Position numbers and translations under genes: made by a program
The notes under the pieces: model-generated
What the model was told of the DNA's origin: nothing
The model's input: only the letters and a program-made list of their open reading frames with translations
Databases searched by the model: none
Source of the DNA: Minisyncoccota bacterium
GTDB lineage: Bacteria; Patescibacteriota; Microgenomatia; UBA1400; UBA12028
Direction: 5' to 3'
Length of the DNA: 64,000 nucleotides
Assembly: GCA_016211945.1 (NCBI GenBank)
Contig: JACRHV010000003.1
Coordinates: forward strand, 69,631 to 133,630
In this document: in pieces, positions 38,164-47,218 of the stretch
Position numbering within the stretch: the first letter of the stretch is position 1
How the letters are laid out: each line of letters begins with the position of its first letter

Positions 38164-38235
38164 TGTCCCCGCCGGGAATCGAACCTGGATTTAAGGTTTA
38201 GGAAACCTCCGTTCTGTCCGTTGAACTACGGGGAC
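38164..38235 (-). tRNA. tRNA-Arg (anticodon CCT)
   Basis: GTCCCCG TA GTTC AACGGACA GAAC G GAGGT TTCCTAA ACCTT ... TTCGATT ... CGGGGAC A. The T-stem has an A-C mismatch. Confidence 0.7.
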
Positions 38236-38261
38236 CTTCGCGTATTATACCGCCATATTAC

Positions 38262-38822
38262 TCACGCTTGGGACTGAATATATCTGTCGTACAAGAACAA
38301 TGCAGACAATGTCCAATTATCACAAATCTCACCTTTGACGATGAGATTTTCTATTTCTTTTCGAGAAAATTTCCCTTTCTGAATATCTTCCACTTCGCCG
38401 TTTTCGCTTGTATGAACACCCGTCACTTCCGATAGTCCTCGAGCAATATACGGCCTATATTTTTGATCAAGGCCACCAGGATCGGGGAAAAATTCGCCCA
38501 AGTCGATATATTCCTTTGCAACAAGTCCTAACTCTTCTTTTAGTCCACGTTCCGCTGCGTCCCTCCAAGATTCTCCTATATACTTCCCTTCAACGGGAAA
38601 CTGCCACACAACTCGTCGTATCGGGTGACGGTATAGTTGAACCAACCAAAGCGATTTATTCTCATTTTCTGGAATAATAAGTGGGCCCTCATCGATTCTA
38701 CGAGTGTAGGTATACACAATGTTCTTCCCATGTGATACGCAAGTATCCTCGATCAATTGTATCCACGGGGTGTTGTGGATAATACGTGTAGAGCGCACAT
38801 CCCAGGGGTTTTTACTTGACAT
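38262..38822 (-). CDS. NUDIX hydrolase
   Basis: Nudix box GESWRDAAERGLKEELGL (Gx5Ex7REUxEExGU). Confidence 0.7.
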   Translation of the reverse strand: MSSKNPWDVRSTRIIHNTPWIQLIEDTCVSHGKNIVYTYTRRIDEGPLIIPENENKSLWLVQLYRHPIRRVVWQFPVEGKYIGESWRDAAERGLKEELGLVAKEYIDLGEFFPDPGGLDQKYRPYIARGLSEVTGVHTSENGEVEDIQKGKFSRKEIENLIVKGEICDNWTLSALFLYDRYIQSQA

Positions 38823-38857
38823 ATCTTTTGTACTTTATGTTTTTTCCTCAAATCTTG

Positions 38858-38930
38858 TCGGGGTGCCCGGACTCGAACCGGGGGCCTCATCGTCCCGAAC
38901 GATGCGCGCTACCAACTGCGCTACACCCCG
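38858..38930 (-). tRNA. tRNA-Pro (anticodon CGG)
   Basis: CGGGGTG TA GCGC AGTTGGTA GCGC G CATCG TTCGGGA CGATG AGGCC CCCGG TTCGAGT CCGGG CACCCCG A. The C1-G72 pair is typical of tRNA-Pro. Confidence 0.85.
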
Positions 38931-38965
38931 CTTTGGTGGGGCGCTATCCCCATCTCTATCTCAAG

Positions 38966-39436
38966 TTATTTCTGGCCACGCTCCTCGTTGGAATACACAA
39001 GACAATCAACACCACTCTCGTAACTAAATATCTCGTCCTTGCCAAAAAGCAACTTCAACTCTTTCTCAGCATTCTCTACTGAGTCAGACGCGTGGATCAA
39101 GTTATTCGACTGACTCATCGCAAAGTCGCCGCGAATCGAACCCGCCTCAGCCGCTCTACCCTTCGTCACACCAACAAGCTTACGGATAGTGTCGGCGGCA
39201 TCAAGTCCTTCCCACACCATAGCAACAATCGGTGTCTGCATCATAAATGCTTTTAACCCCGTAAAAAACGGTTTCTCTTTGTGATGTGCGTACCACTCAT
39301 CCAAAACCTCGTGGCTCAACTTGGTCATCTTCAAAGCGACAAGTTTGAGTCCTTTACGCTCAAAACGAGTAACAATCTCTCCGATTAATCCTCGTTGCAG
39401 GCCATCTGGTTTTACTAACACAACTGATCTTTGCAT
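38966..39436 (-). CDS. ndk: nucleoside diphosphate kinase
   Basis: Ndk signatures: RSVVLVKPDGLQRGLIGEIVTRFERKGLKLVALKM...GSIRGDFA...NLIHASDS. Confidence 0.85.
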   Translation of the reverse strand: MQRSVVLVKPDGLQRGLIGEIVTRFERKGLKLVALKMTKLSHEVLDEWYAHHKEKPFFTGLKAFMMQTPIVAMVWEGLDAADTIRKLVGVTKGRAAEAGSIRGDFAMSQSNNLIHASDSVENAEKELKLLFGKDEIFSYESGVDCLVYSNEERGQK

Positions 39437-39561
39437 GGTGTACTCCTTTTCTCTCTTTTTTCGATCAATACATCGCTATTGTACCAGAGACTTCATTGGG
39501 CTGTTTTTTGCAGTTCACATTTTGTAAGGTTGTTGTAAGATTCGCATGATATTCTGCCAAC

Positions 39562-39747
39562 ATGCGTACAAAACACCTTCTCGCAAATTATCTCTATGAC
39601 CTCAGTAAAATCACCTTTACTTCTTTCGTGGTTGGAGGGATACTGAACTACACGAGAGGCGGAACTGTTTTTGTTGTTATGGGAATAATATGTACTTTTA
39701 TGGCAGCGATATTTGGATATTACGTCTCTAAAAATGGAAAGGAATAA
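39562..39747 (+). CDS. small hypothetical membrane protein (61 aa)
   Basis: Two predicted TM helices. ORF only. Confidence 0.3.
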   Translation: MRTKHLLANYLYDLSKITFTSFVVGGILNYTRGGTVFVVMGIICTFMAAIFGYYVSKNGKE

Positions 39748-39749
39748 GT

Positions 39750-39923
39750 ATGTTTATCTCATTTTTCCAAAGATATCTTTTAGAACTTCAAGATAATTTT
39801 CTTATACAAGTCTATACTGTTGTCACAATTGTTCTCGGTTCCCTCTTGATTTGTAACTACATTACAGACAAAATCACGGCGTATAAACGCAAACACAAAC
39901 TCAACAAAAAACGCTTAACCTAA
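39750..39923 (+). CDS. small hypothetical membrane protein (57 aa)
   Basis: ATG 3 nt after the previous stop; one TM, basic tail. Below ORF-track cutoff. Confidence 0.25.
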   Translation: MFISFFQRYLLELQDNFLIQVYTVVTIVLGSLLICNYITDKITAYKRKHKLNKKRLT

Positions 39924-41222
39924 AATAATCTTCTCAAATCTCTCTTGATCCTTAAACGGCCCGATCATCGCAAAGTACAATTTCTTCTCATCCAACAATT
40001 TTTGTGCAATCGCATGAACATCTTCTAACGTAACCGCCTCCACTTTATCCAAGACCTCCTGTTGTGTTGTCACTTTCCCCTCAAGAAGCTGCTTGCTCCC
40101 GTAGTAATTCGCCAAACTTTCGCTGTCCTCAAAATCCAGCACTGTTTTCCCAATCACATAGTCCTTTGCGCGCCGAATCTCTTTCTCTGTTAAGGCACGC
40201 GAACCACGTGTATCTAATAACCCAAACACCTCGTCTTTCACCACCTTCACCGCCTCATCAACACGCGCAGGATCAACTCCAGCGGACGCGCCAAAGTTGC
40301 CAGCATCATGGTAGTAATCCAAGTCTGATCGCACGTAGTAACACAACCCCCGCTTTTCTCGAACCTCGGTGAATAATCGCGAGCTCATATTTCCACCAAG
40401 CACCACAGACAATACTCCCAAGGCATATTTTTCCGGACTCTTACGCATCAACCCCGGAACCGCCATCACAAAATGCGCCTGCTCTGTTTTTTTATACTCC
40501 ACACGCACACGAGGACCATTCGACAACACATCACCAAACTGCCGTTTTCCGCCATTTTCGCGGTCCGAGGTGTCGCTTGTTTTACTGAATACGCGTTCAA
40601 TTTCGGCCAACACATGTTTTGAGGACAGCGCTTCAGCGTCGCCCGCGATTGTTACTACCATGTTCCCCAATCCATACCACTGCTTCATGTACTCGACAAA
40701 ATGAGTTCTGTTCAAACCATTGACCGTTTCTTTTGTCCCAATAATGTCCCGACCCAAATCGCTCCCCGCATACATGAGCTGCTCAAACACATCGCCAATG
40801 TGCCGCGCCGGCGTGTCCGCGTACATGTTCATTTCTTCAATGATCACGCCTTTTTCTCTCTGGAGATCATCCTCAAGTAGCGCAGGAGTGAGTAGCATGT
40901 CAGACACTACGTCTAGCGCAAGTCCAATGTGCGCGCTCGCGGACTTGACGTAATATCCCGTGTATTCTTTTGAGGTAAAGGCGTTAAACTCCGCACCAAC
41001 AGCATCAACCGCTTCTGCGAGAATCTTGGGTGTTGGATATTTCGCAGTCCCCTTAAACACCATGTGCTCCAAAAAATGCGAGATTCCTCCCCATGTTGCT
41101 GGCTCGTATCGCGAGCCCGTGTTCACATACGCAAGCACCGTTGCGGATCGAACCCCCTTCATTGGAATCAACAACACCGTAAGGCCGTTGGATAACACGT
41201 GCTTGGAGTAATCTTGTTTCAT
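39915..41222 (-). CDS. M16-family (pitrilysin/insulinase-like) zinc peptidase
   Basis: Inverted zinc motif HFLEHMVFKGT (HxxEH) near the N-terminus and the two-domain M16 architecture. Start set at internal MKQDYS rather than the TTG at 41366. Confidence 0.75.
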   Translation of the reverse strand: MKQDYSKHVLSNGLTVLLIPMKGVRSATVLAYVNTGSRYEPATWGGISHFLEHMVFKGTAKYPTPKILAEAVDAVGAEFNAFTSKEYTGYYVKSASAHIGLALDVVSDMLLTPALLEDDLQREKGVIIEEMNMYADTPARHIGDVFEQLMYAGSDLGRDIIGTKETVNGLNRTHFVEYMKQWYGLGNMVVTIAGDAEALSSKHVLAEIERVFSKTSDTSDRENGGKRQFGDVLSNGPRVRVEYKKTEQAHFVMAVPGLMRKSPEKYALGVLSVVLGGNMSSRLFTEVREKRGLCYYVRSDLDYYHDAGNFGASAGVDPARVDEAVKVVKDEVFGLLDTRGSRALTEKEIRRAKDYVIGKTVLDFEDSESLANYYGSKQLLEGKVTTQQEVLDKVEAVTLEDVHAIAQKLLDEKKLYFAMIGPFKDQERFEKIILG

Positions 41223-41223
41223 T

Positions 41224-42546
41224 ATGGAATGGATTGTAGCATACGAGAATATGAAGTTTTTGAAACGAGTGATGTCCCTGCTTCCAACCTGCGGCATCGC
41301 GTTCATCGCGTTTCTTATTCCAACGAATCTTTTTCTGAAATACGTGTATGACGGTGCGTTTGTCAACGGAACATTGGTTGATTATCTCCTCCCCAAATTT
41401 TATCTGTCCGATATTCCAATTATGATCCTGCTGGCTCTCTGGATTCCAAAAATTTCAAGTTCCGCAAAAAAACTCATGTTTTTATTTGTGGCCTTTGCAG
41501 GTGTTCATCTACTATTTTTGACCAACAACGTGGAGGCACAGTATTCCATGCTTTCCACCGTGTGGTTTCTCGCCAAACTCGGAGAGATGCTTTGGTTTAG
41601 CTTATGGTGTGTCGGACATGCCTCACACCAGTGGTTTCGAAAAGGCATTGTCATTGGATTGTGCCTTGCGATCGGGGTGCAGGTGGCGGTTGGAACATAC
41701 CAGTATGTTGAACAGCGATCTTTCCTTGGATATCGTTTTCTTGGAGAGCCACTCCTTGAACAGTCACCGATGATCGCGAAAAGTAAAAGCGTTGGAGAAG
41801 TTCGTATACTTGCGTACGGAACCACACCACATCCCAACGTCCTCGCCGGATTCACATCTCTTTCTACATTACTCATTTTTTCATTGATCAATCGAGAAAA
41901 AATAAAACATAAAAAAATATTGATTTTCTTCTTGGGGACAACACTTGCTCTTGTGTTGTTCATTACACAATCACTCTCGGCTCTTTTTGGGTTGATTTTC
42001 GGTGTCATCACGTTGGTCTTCACATCTCACACAAAACAACAATCGCATAAGAAAATGAGCCTACTTGTGGTCTTAGGGGTGAGTATTCTTGTCCTTATGC
42101 CTATTGTGTTGTTCGGCATTAGATATATGCAGCAAATAAAAATATACGATGATCAAAACACCTCGGTTTTGCGAAGAACGCAACTTCAAACAATCGCAAC
42201 ACGCGCTTTTCTCCAAAGTCCGCTCACTGGAATTGGACTGAACCAGTTCACGACTCGTGTCGAGGAGTTCGGAATGGTTTCTGCAACCACACGTTTTCTT
42301 CAACCGGTCCACAATGTACTACTTCTTTGGCTTGCAGAAACGGGAATTTTAGGGATTCTTTTTTTGATCCTTTTTATATATTTTGGAAACAGATATTACT
42401 CACTGAATTTTTCATATATTTCAGTTTTTTTTATTCCATTATCGATCATTTTATCTCTGGATCATTACCTCTTTATGCTCCAACATGGACAACTCTTGTC
42501 TGCGATTTTAATAGGGTTTTTGATAATAAAAAAGATTCATCGATAA
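41224..42546 (+). CDS. O-antigen ligase (Wzy_C) family polytopic membrane protein
   Basis: About 12 TM. Signature QPVHNVLLLWLAETGILGILF (H-N...E.G motif of WaaL/Wzy_C). Confidence 0.6.
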   Translation: MEWIVAYENMKFLKRVMSLLPTCGIAFIAFLIPTNLFLKYVYDGAFVNGTLVDYLLPKFYLSDIPIMILLALWIPKISSSAKKLMFLFVAFAGVHLLFLTNNVEAQYSMLSTVWFLAKLGEMLWFSLWCVGHASHQWFRKGIVIGLCLAIGVQVAVGTYQYVEQRSFLGYRFLGEPLLEQSPMIAKSKSVGEVRILAYGTTPHPNVLAGFTSLSTLLIFSLINREKIKHKKILIFFLGTTLALVLFITQSLSALFGLIFGVITLVFTSHTKQQSHKKMSLLVVLGVSILVLMPIVLFGIRYMQQIKIYDDQNTSVLRRTQLQTIATRAFLQSPLTGIGLNQFTTRVEEFGMVSATTRFLQPVHNVLLLWLAETGILGILFLILFIYFGNRYYSLNFSYISVFFIPLSIILSLDHYLFMLQHGQLLSAILIGFLIIKKIHR

Positions 42547-42600
42547 TTTTATTCGAGTAGTGTAGTCCTTCACTACGAGAAGAAAAATATCGATGAATCT

Positions 42601-44289
42601 CTACATAACCTCGGGAGCCTGCATTCCAAGAAGTGTTAATCCATTTTTCAATACCTGTGCAACCGCTGAAGTGAGAAGAAGTCTGTATCCGGCAAGATCT
42701 CCTCCACTGAGAATGGGATGATCTGCATAGTACGCATTAAACGCCTGAGCAAGGTCAAAAAGATACGTACAGACATGATGTGGTGCATACTCTGTTGCGG
42801 CGCGTTCAACAACTTCAGGAAACTGCTCCAACAGGTGTTCTACTTGCGTGATCTCAAGATCCTGTAAACGGTCGTATTTCTCGGAGATACTCAGTTCTTT
42901 TTCCTTTGCTTTCTTCAAGACGGAAGTTGCGCGTGCATACGTGTATTGAATATACGGTCCGGAATTTCCTTTCAGGTTCAACACATCATCCCATACAAAC
43001 ACGACATCTTTGGACGACTCACGCTTGAGGTCGTTATACTTCAGCGCCCCAATGCCGACTTCCTTGGCAACCTTTGGATTAAACGATGACGCACGCTGGA
43101 TTGCCTCCTGAAGCACGTCCTCCAGCCATATCGTGTTCCCTTTTCGCGTGCTCATTTTCCCATCTTTGAATCGAAGCATACCGTGGCCTACATGCACCCG
43201 TTGCGACTTCTTCACATATCCCAATTTCTCCTCCACCTCGAACAATTGACGGAAATACAAGGTTTGTTCTGCTCCTACCTCGTTCACGATCAAGACATCT
43301 TTCCCCCAAGTCTGCACTCTGTACCGATCAGTTGCGAGATCGCGCGTGGAGTATAACGTTGCGCCATCCTTCTTTCGCACCATAAACGGCGGATACTTCT
43401 CGTTCTCGAAAAACACGAGGAGTGCCCCCTCACTCTCCTTCGCCAACCCCTTATTCTGAAGTTCCTGCAAAACCTCGCCCATTTTGTCCTCGAAGAAACT
43501 TTCGCCCAACATCATGTCGAATGACACATGAAGCAGTTCATAGAGCTTTGCAAACTGCGCCATCGACCAATCTACGCACATCTTCCAAATTCGTTTTGCC
43601 TCGGGATCGCCCTGCTCTAGTCGGACAAACCAGGCGCGAGCCTGATCTTCAAGCGTTGGATCCTTCTCTGCTTCCGCGTGAAACTTTACGTAGAGATCAA
43701 CAAGGTACTTTACCGGATTCTCACTCTTTGCCAACGCATCTTCGTCACCCCAAAGTTTGAGCGCGACAATCTGCTTGCCAAACTGCGTCCCCCAGTCGCC
43801 AAGATGGTTGTCACGCAAAACAGAATAGCCGGAAAACGAGAGAAGTCGTGCGATCGCGTCTCCAATAATGGTCGACCGCAAATGACCGATCGTAAAGGGT
43901 TTTGCGATGTTTGGTGACGAGAACTCGACAATCGCGGTTCTCCCCTTCCCTATGTGTGATTTCCCATACGATTCGCCTTCTTTTCGTATTGTGGATACTC
44001 TGTCTACAAAATACTTTTTTGATAGGAAAAAATTGATAAAACCAGGACCAGCTATTTCAACTTTATCAAGTAATTCATGTTTTTTTTCTAAAATTGAATG
44101 AACAATTTTTGTCGCCAATTCATGAGGATTTTGATTTTTTTGCTGTGCCGCGATCATCGCTGCGTTTGTCGCAAAATCACCATGTGCGTGCTGGGTTGGA
44201 TGTTCAAGAGTAAACGAAACAAGATCGCATTCTTGTTTTGCAAGAGCCTCGTGGAGTATTGCGGTAAGTTGGTCTCGTGCGGATTTCAT
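42601..44289 (-). CDS. argS: arginine--tRNA ligase
   Basis: Class I motifs PFTIGHLRS (HIGH-type) and KMSTRKG (KMSKS-type), plus the ArgRS N-terminal additional domain and a DALR-type C-terminus. Confidence 0.9.
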   Translation of the reverse strand: MKSARDQLTAILHEALAKQECDLVSFTLEHPTQHAHGDFATNAAMIAAQQKNQNPHELATKIVHSILEKKHELLDKVEIAGPGFINFFLSKKYFVDRVSTIRKEGESYGKSHIGKGRTAIVEFSSPNIAKPFTIGHLRSTIIGDAIARLLSFSGYSVLRDNHLGDWGTQFGKQIVALKLWGDEDALAKSENPVKYLVDLYVKFHAEAEKDPTLEDQARAWFVRLEQGDPEAKRIWKMCVDWSMAQFAKLYELLHVSFDMMLGESFFEDKMGEVLQELQNKGLAKESEGALLVFFENEKYPPFMVRKKDGATLYSTRDLATDRYRVQTWGKDVLIVNEVGAEQTLYFRQLFEVEEKLGYVKKSQRVHVGHGMLRFKDGKMSTRKGNTIWLEDVLQEAIQRASSFNPKVAKEVGIGALKYNDLKRESSKDVVFVWDDVLNLKGNSGPYIQYTYARATSVLKKAKEKELSISEKYDRLQDLEITQVEHLLEQFPEVVERAATEYAPHHVCTYLFDLAQAFNAYYADHPILSGGDLAGYRLLLTSAVAQVLKNGLTLLGMQAPEVM

Positions 44290-44296
44290 GCGATTA

Positions 44297-45181
44297 TCAT
44301 ATCACACGCCAGGTTTTCCATACCGTCTTGCCATCCGTCTCCAGTTCGATTTCACCATCGATATCTGTACGAAAGGTTTGGATGTGATATTTCTCGAGTA
44401 ATTGAAGTACTCTCCTTGAGGGGTGGCCGTACCCGTTTCTTTTTCCGACTCCAAGAAGTGCGATATGCGGACGTAACTTCTCGAGGAAATCTTCGGATGT
44501 TGAGTTGTTTGATCCATGATGGCCGATTTTTAGTACCGTCACAGGAAGCAGTTTTCCAGAGGAAATGAGCTCTTTTTCCTGCGGAATCTCAAGGTCTCCA
44601 GTAAACAAGGCGCTAAAACCCCCAAATTCCAGCCGTAATGTCAGCGAGTTGGCGTTTGTACTCTCTTTTTTTGCTGATCTCTTACTTGAATTTTTATCCT
44701 GTACATCATACTTTTCTTCGTTTTTCTCATATGTCCATATTGTGGTCCATGTAAGTGGTCCCCCGAGAAAAACCTCATCTTTTTTTGGATGAAAAACTGG
44801 GATTTTTTGCTTCGAATACGTCTCAGCAAGCGTTTTATACGTTTGTGTCTCGCTGTTCTGTCCATTTGTTATGATTTGATCTATTTTGTATGTGTTCATC
44901 ACATGAATAAGCCCGCCAATATGGTCTTTATCGGGATGTGTTGCGACAATGACCTCGAGTGTTCTGTCAAAGAATGGCATGTTTCTCGATAAGCACTCGA
45001 GGACTTTCTCTGATGATCCTCCGTCAATGAGCACCTCGTACATCTTGTATCGCAAAAGATAGGCATCTCCTTGTCCAACATCACACGCAATGACATGAAG
45101 AGTTGGTGAAATCACTGTTTCAACGGCAAACCAGGCCAATAGCACGAATGTTACCCATATAAAAAGATATTTTTTGTTCAT
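44297..45181 (-). CDS. ComEC/Rec2-type metallo-beta-lactamase-fold protein (C-terminal ComEC domain as a separate ORF)
   Basis: Own signal/TM (MNKKYLFIWVTFVLLAWFAV). MBL motifs HVIACDVGQGDAYLL, VATHPDKDHIGG, LKIGHHGSNNSTS. Confidence 0.7.
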   Translation of the reverse strand: MNKKYLFIWVTFVLLAWFAVETVISPTLHVIACDVGQGDAYLLRYKMYEVLIDGGSSEKVLECLSRNMPFFDRTLEVIVATHPDKDHIGGLIHVMNTYKIDQIITNGQNSETQTYKTLAETYSKQKIPVFHPKKDEVFLGGPLTWTTIWTYEKNEEKYDVQDKNSSKRSAKKESTNANSLTLRLEFGGFSALFTGDLEIPQEKELISSGKLLPVTVLKIGHHGSNNSTSEDFLEKLRPHIALLGVGKRNGYGHPSRRVLQLLEKYHIQTFRTDIDGEIELETDGKTVWKTWRVI

Positions 45182-45226
45182 ATTTCAACTCTTTTTATCT
45201 TCATTCAAACATAGCACTCACCTGCG

Positions 45227-46510
45227 CTATATGCTAATCAAGAGTACTCGAGAGAAAAATCGATATTTTTTTGCGATGATTATAGAGATCAGAACGATAT
45301 GAAAGAGGACAAACCAGATCATCGCGATTATTTCTGCATAAGATGCAAAACTCCACTCAGTATACGGGATTCGAGCAAATATCTCAATTCCCCGCATAAA
45401 TATGTCGAGTATATACCACAAGATTACATTGATAAGTCGAGCTATTTCTGGTGAGATATATGAAACAAGAAATGATGCTATTCCAGTTAAAGTCATTGGA
45501 GGCAGCATCCAGAGGAGAAACGCGTTTGCAATAATGCCGATGACGTTAATTTTATGGAAATACCAGAGGAAAATTGAGCCAGACTCCATAAAAATACTTA
45601 TCCCATAGAGAAAAGGTAAAAACCACGCGTATTTCCATCGAATTACTCGAGGAAAAAGAGGTGGGATGCCGTAAATACCAAAAAGCGCACATGTAGAAAG
45701 TTGGAACGACATGTCGTGTATCAGGAGAGGTTGACAGAGTAAAACGATCATTGTCGCCTGGAAAAAGAACCACAATGTCATGTTTTCTTTGCCAAGAAAC
45801 CGTGCAGTCAACCGAAAAATAACGAGAAGATATGAGCGAATAACCAGAGGTGAGATGCCCAAAAGCAGGATGAAACATGACTCACCAAAAAGAAAAAGGA
45901 GAAAATATGCCGTTGTATGCCTCCACCTCGAGAAAAAGAACTGAAAAATATAGTCAAAAAGGAGCAGATTGTATCCAGAAACGGTCATGATATGAATCAA
46001 GCCCGATTGAATGAGATTCTCATGTGTGGTAAAACTTGTATCTAGAGAATAGCCCAACAGCACCCCGAGAAATACGCGGGCATGGATAAAAGGCAAAGAA
46101 TATACGAAATAATTGATCAGTTTCTCTCGAGTTTTTCCGATATTCCACACTATTTTTTGAATTGAATATTTACCCGAATCTCTACCTCTTAGAATAAAAT
46201 GATGAGAGCTTACTATCAATCTTTTTTTATATGACAATCGATCTGGCACACGACTATATATAGTGCCAGGTTCTGCACGAATAAATACTAGATCTCCCAT
46301 CTCTATCTGGTTTTCCTCTGGTAGGATATACCGAATATGACCCGTATCGAAGACGTAAGAATACCGAATATATTGTGGTGCACTATAGATAAGGAGTGTT
46401 TTTTCAGAAAACGACGTCTTGTTCTCTCGTTGTTCTATTCCATATTCATGCAAATATCGCAATATTATTAATAGTATTAAAGATAGCGTAAGAATATAAA
46501 ATCGAATCAT
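45227..46510 (-). CDS. ComEC/Rec2 N-terminal polytopic membrane (competence channel) domain protein
   Basis: About 10 TM, DUF4131-plus-Competence-like topology. Located directly between comEA and the MBL-domain ORF. Confidence 0.6.
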   Translation of the reverse strand: MIRFYILTLSLILLIILRYLHEYGIEQRENKTSFSEKTLLIYSAPQYIRYSYVFDTGHIRYILPEENQIEMGDLVFIRAEPGTIYSRVPDRLSYKKRLIVSSHHFILRGRDSGKYSIQKIVWNIGKTREKLINYFVYSLPFIHARVFLGVLLGYSLDTSFTTHENLIQSGLIHIMTVSGYNLLLFDYIFQFFFSRWRHTTAYFLLFLFGESCFILLLGISPLVIRSYLLVIFRLTARFLGKENMTLWFFFQATMIVLLCQPLLIHDMSFQLSTCALFGIYGIPPLFPRVIRWKYAWFLPFLYGISIFMESGSIFLWYFHKINVIGIIANAFLLWMLPPMTLTGIASFLVSYISPEIARLINVILWYILDIFMRGIEIFARIPYTEWSFASYAEIIAMIWFVLFHIVLISIIIAKKYRFFSRVLLISI

Positions 46511-46540
46511 ATTGGTTGATTTTTACCACAAAAAATGTTT

Positions 46541-47167
46541 TCACAATTCTTCCTCAGTGGAAAATGTAATGCGTGATTTCGATGTTTCTAGTACTGATTT
46601 CGGCAATTCCGATCGTTTAGCAAAATCGTCAAAAGAAAGATAAGGCCTGTGTTCGATGACTGTTTTTGCTCTCGTCTCACCCACCTCTAATACTTGCTGG
46701 AGTTCCATGAGTGTCGCGGTATTTACAGGTACCTTGCGCGCTCTGCATATCTGCGCAAGTATCTGTGCCTCGTCTTTTGCTGGTACGTAAACGTGAAGCT
46801 CATGCGTGAGACGCTCAGAAAGATTGAAGGACCGTGCAAGATAGTACGGATCTGCCATTTTGGAGAATCCACCCGCCCTCTCTACCCCATCCTGAATGAG
46901 AGATCCTTCGTCAAACATATAGACTCCTGGCTTTTGGACAGCTCCAGAGATATACGTCGCAATTTGTTTTGGTCGTACGGACACGGTAGCTTCCTCTACC
47001 TGGGAAATACAATGTAGTTGTGGTGGATCCTGACGTGGACCTGCAAAATACAGGTAGAGTCCAATGCCAAAAGAAAATATCCCAATGAATGTAGAAATGA
47101 ACGGGAAAATTCGAGCAACGATTGTGTGGTGACCATCGGAAAAGCCGAGCATACGCAGAGCATACAA
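46541..47167 (-). CDS. comEA: competence protein ComEA (DNA receptor, helix-hairpin-helix)
   Basis: N-terminal TM, SLBB-like domain (ATYISGAVQKPGVYMF) and C-terminal tandem HhH (VNTATLMELQQVLEVGETRAKTVIEHRP). Confidence 0.7.
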   Translation of the reverse strand: MYALRMLGFSDGHHTIVARIFPFISTFIGIFSFGIGLYLYFAGPRQDPPQLHCISQVEEATVSVRPKQIATYISGAVQKPGVYMFDEGSLIQDGVERAGGFSKMADPYYLARSFNLSERLTHELHVYVPAKDEAQILAQICRARKVPVNTATLMELQQVLEVGETRAKTVIEHRPYLSFDDFAKRSELPKSVLETSKSRITFSTEEEL

Positions 47168-47218
47168 CTCGATTCTTACAATTAGCTTACAAAAAGGTAA
47201 CTCGTTTTCTTGAGGGCG

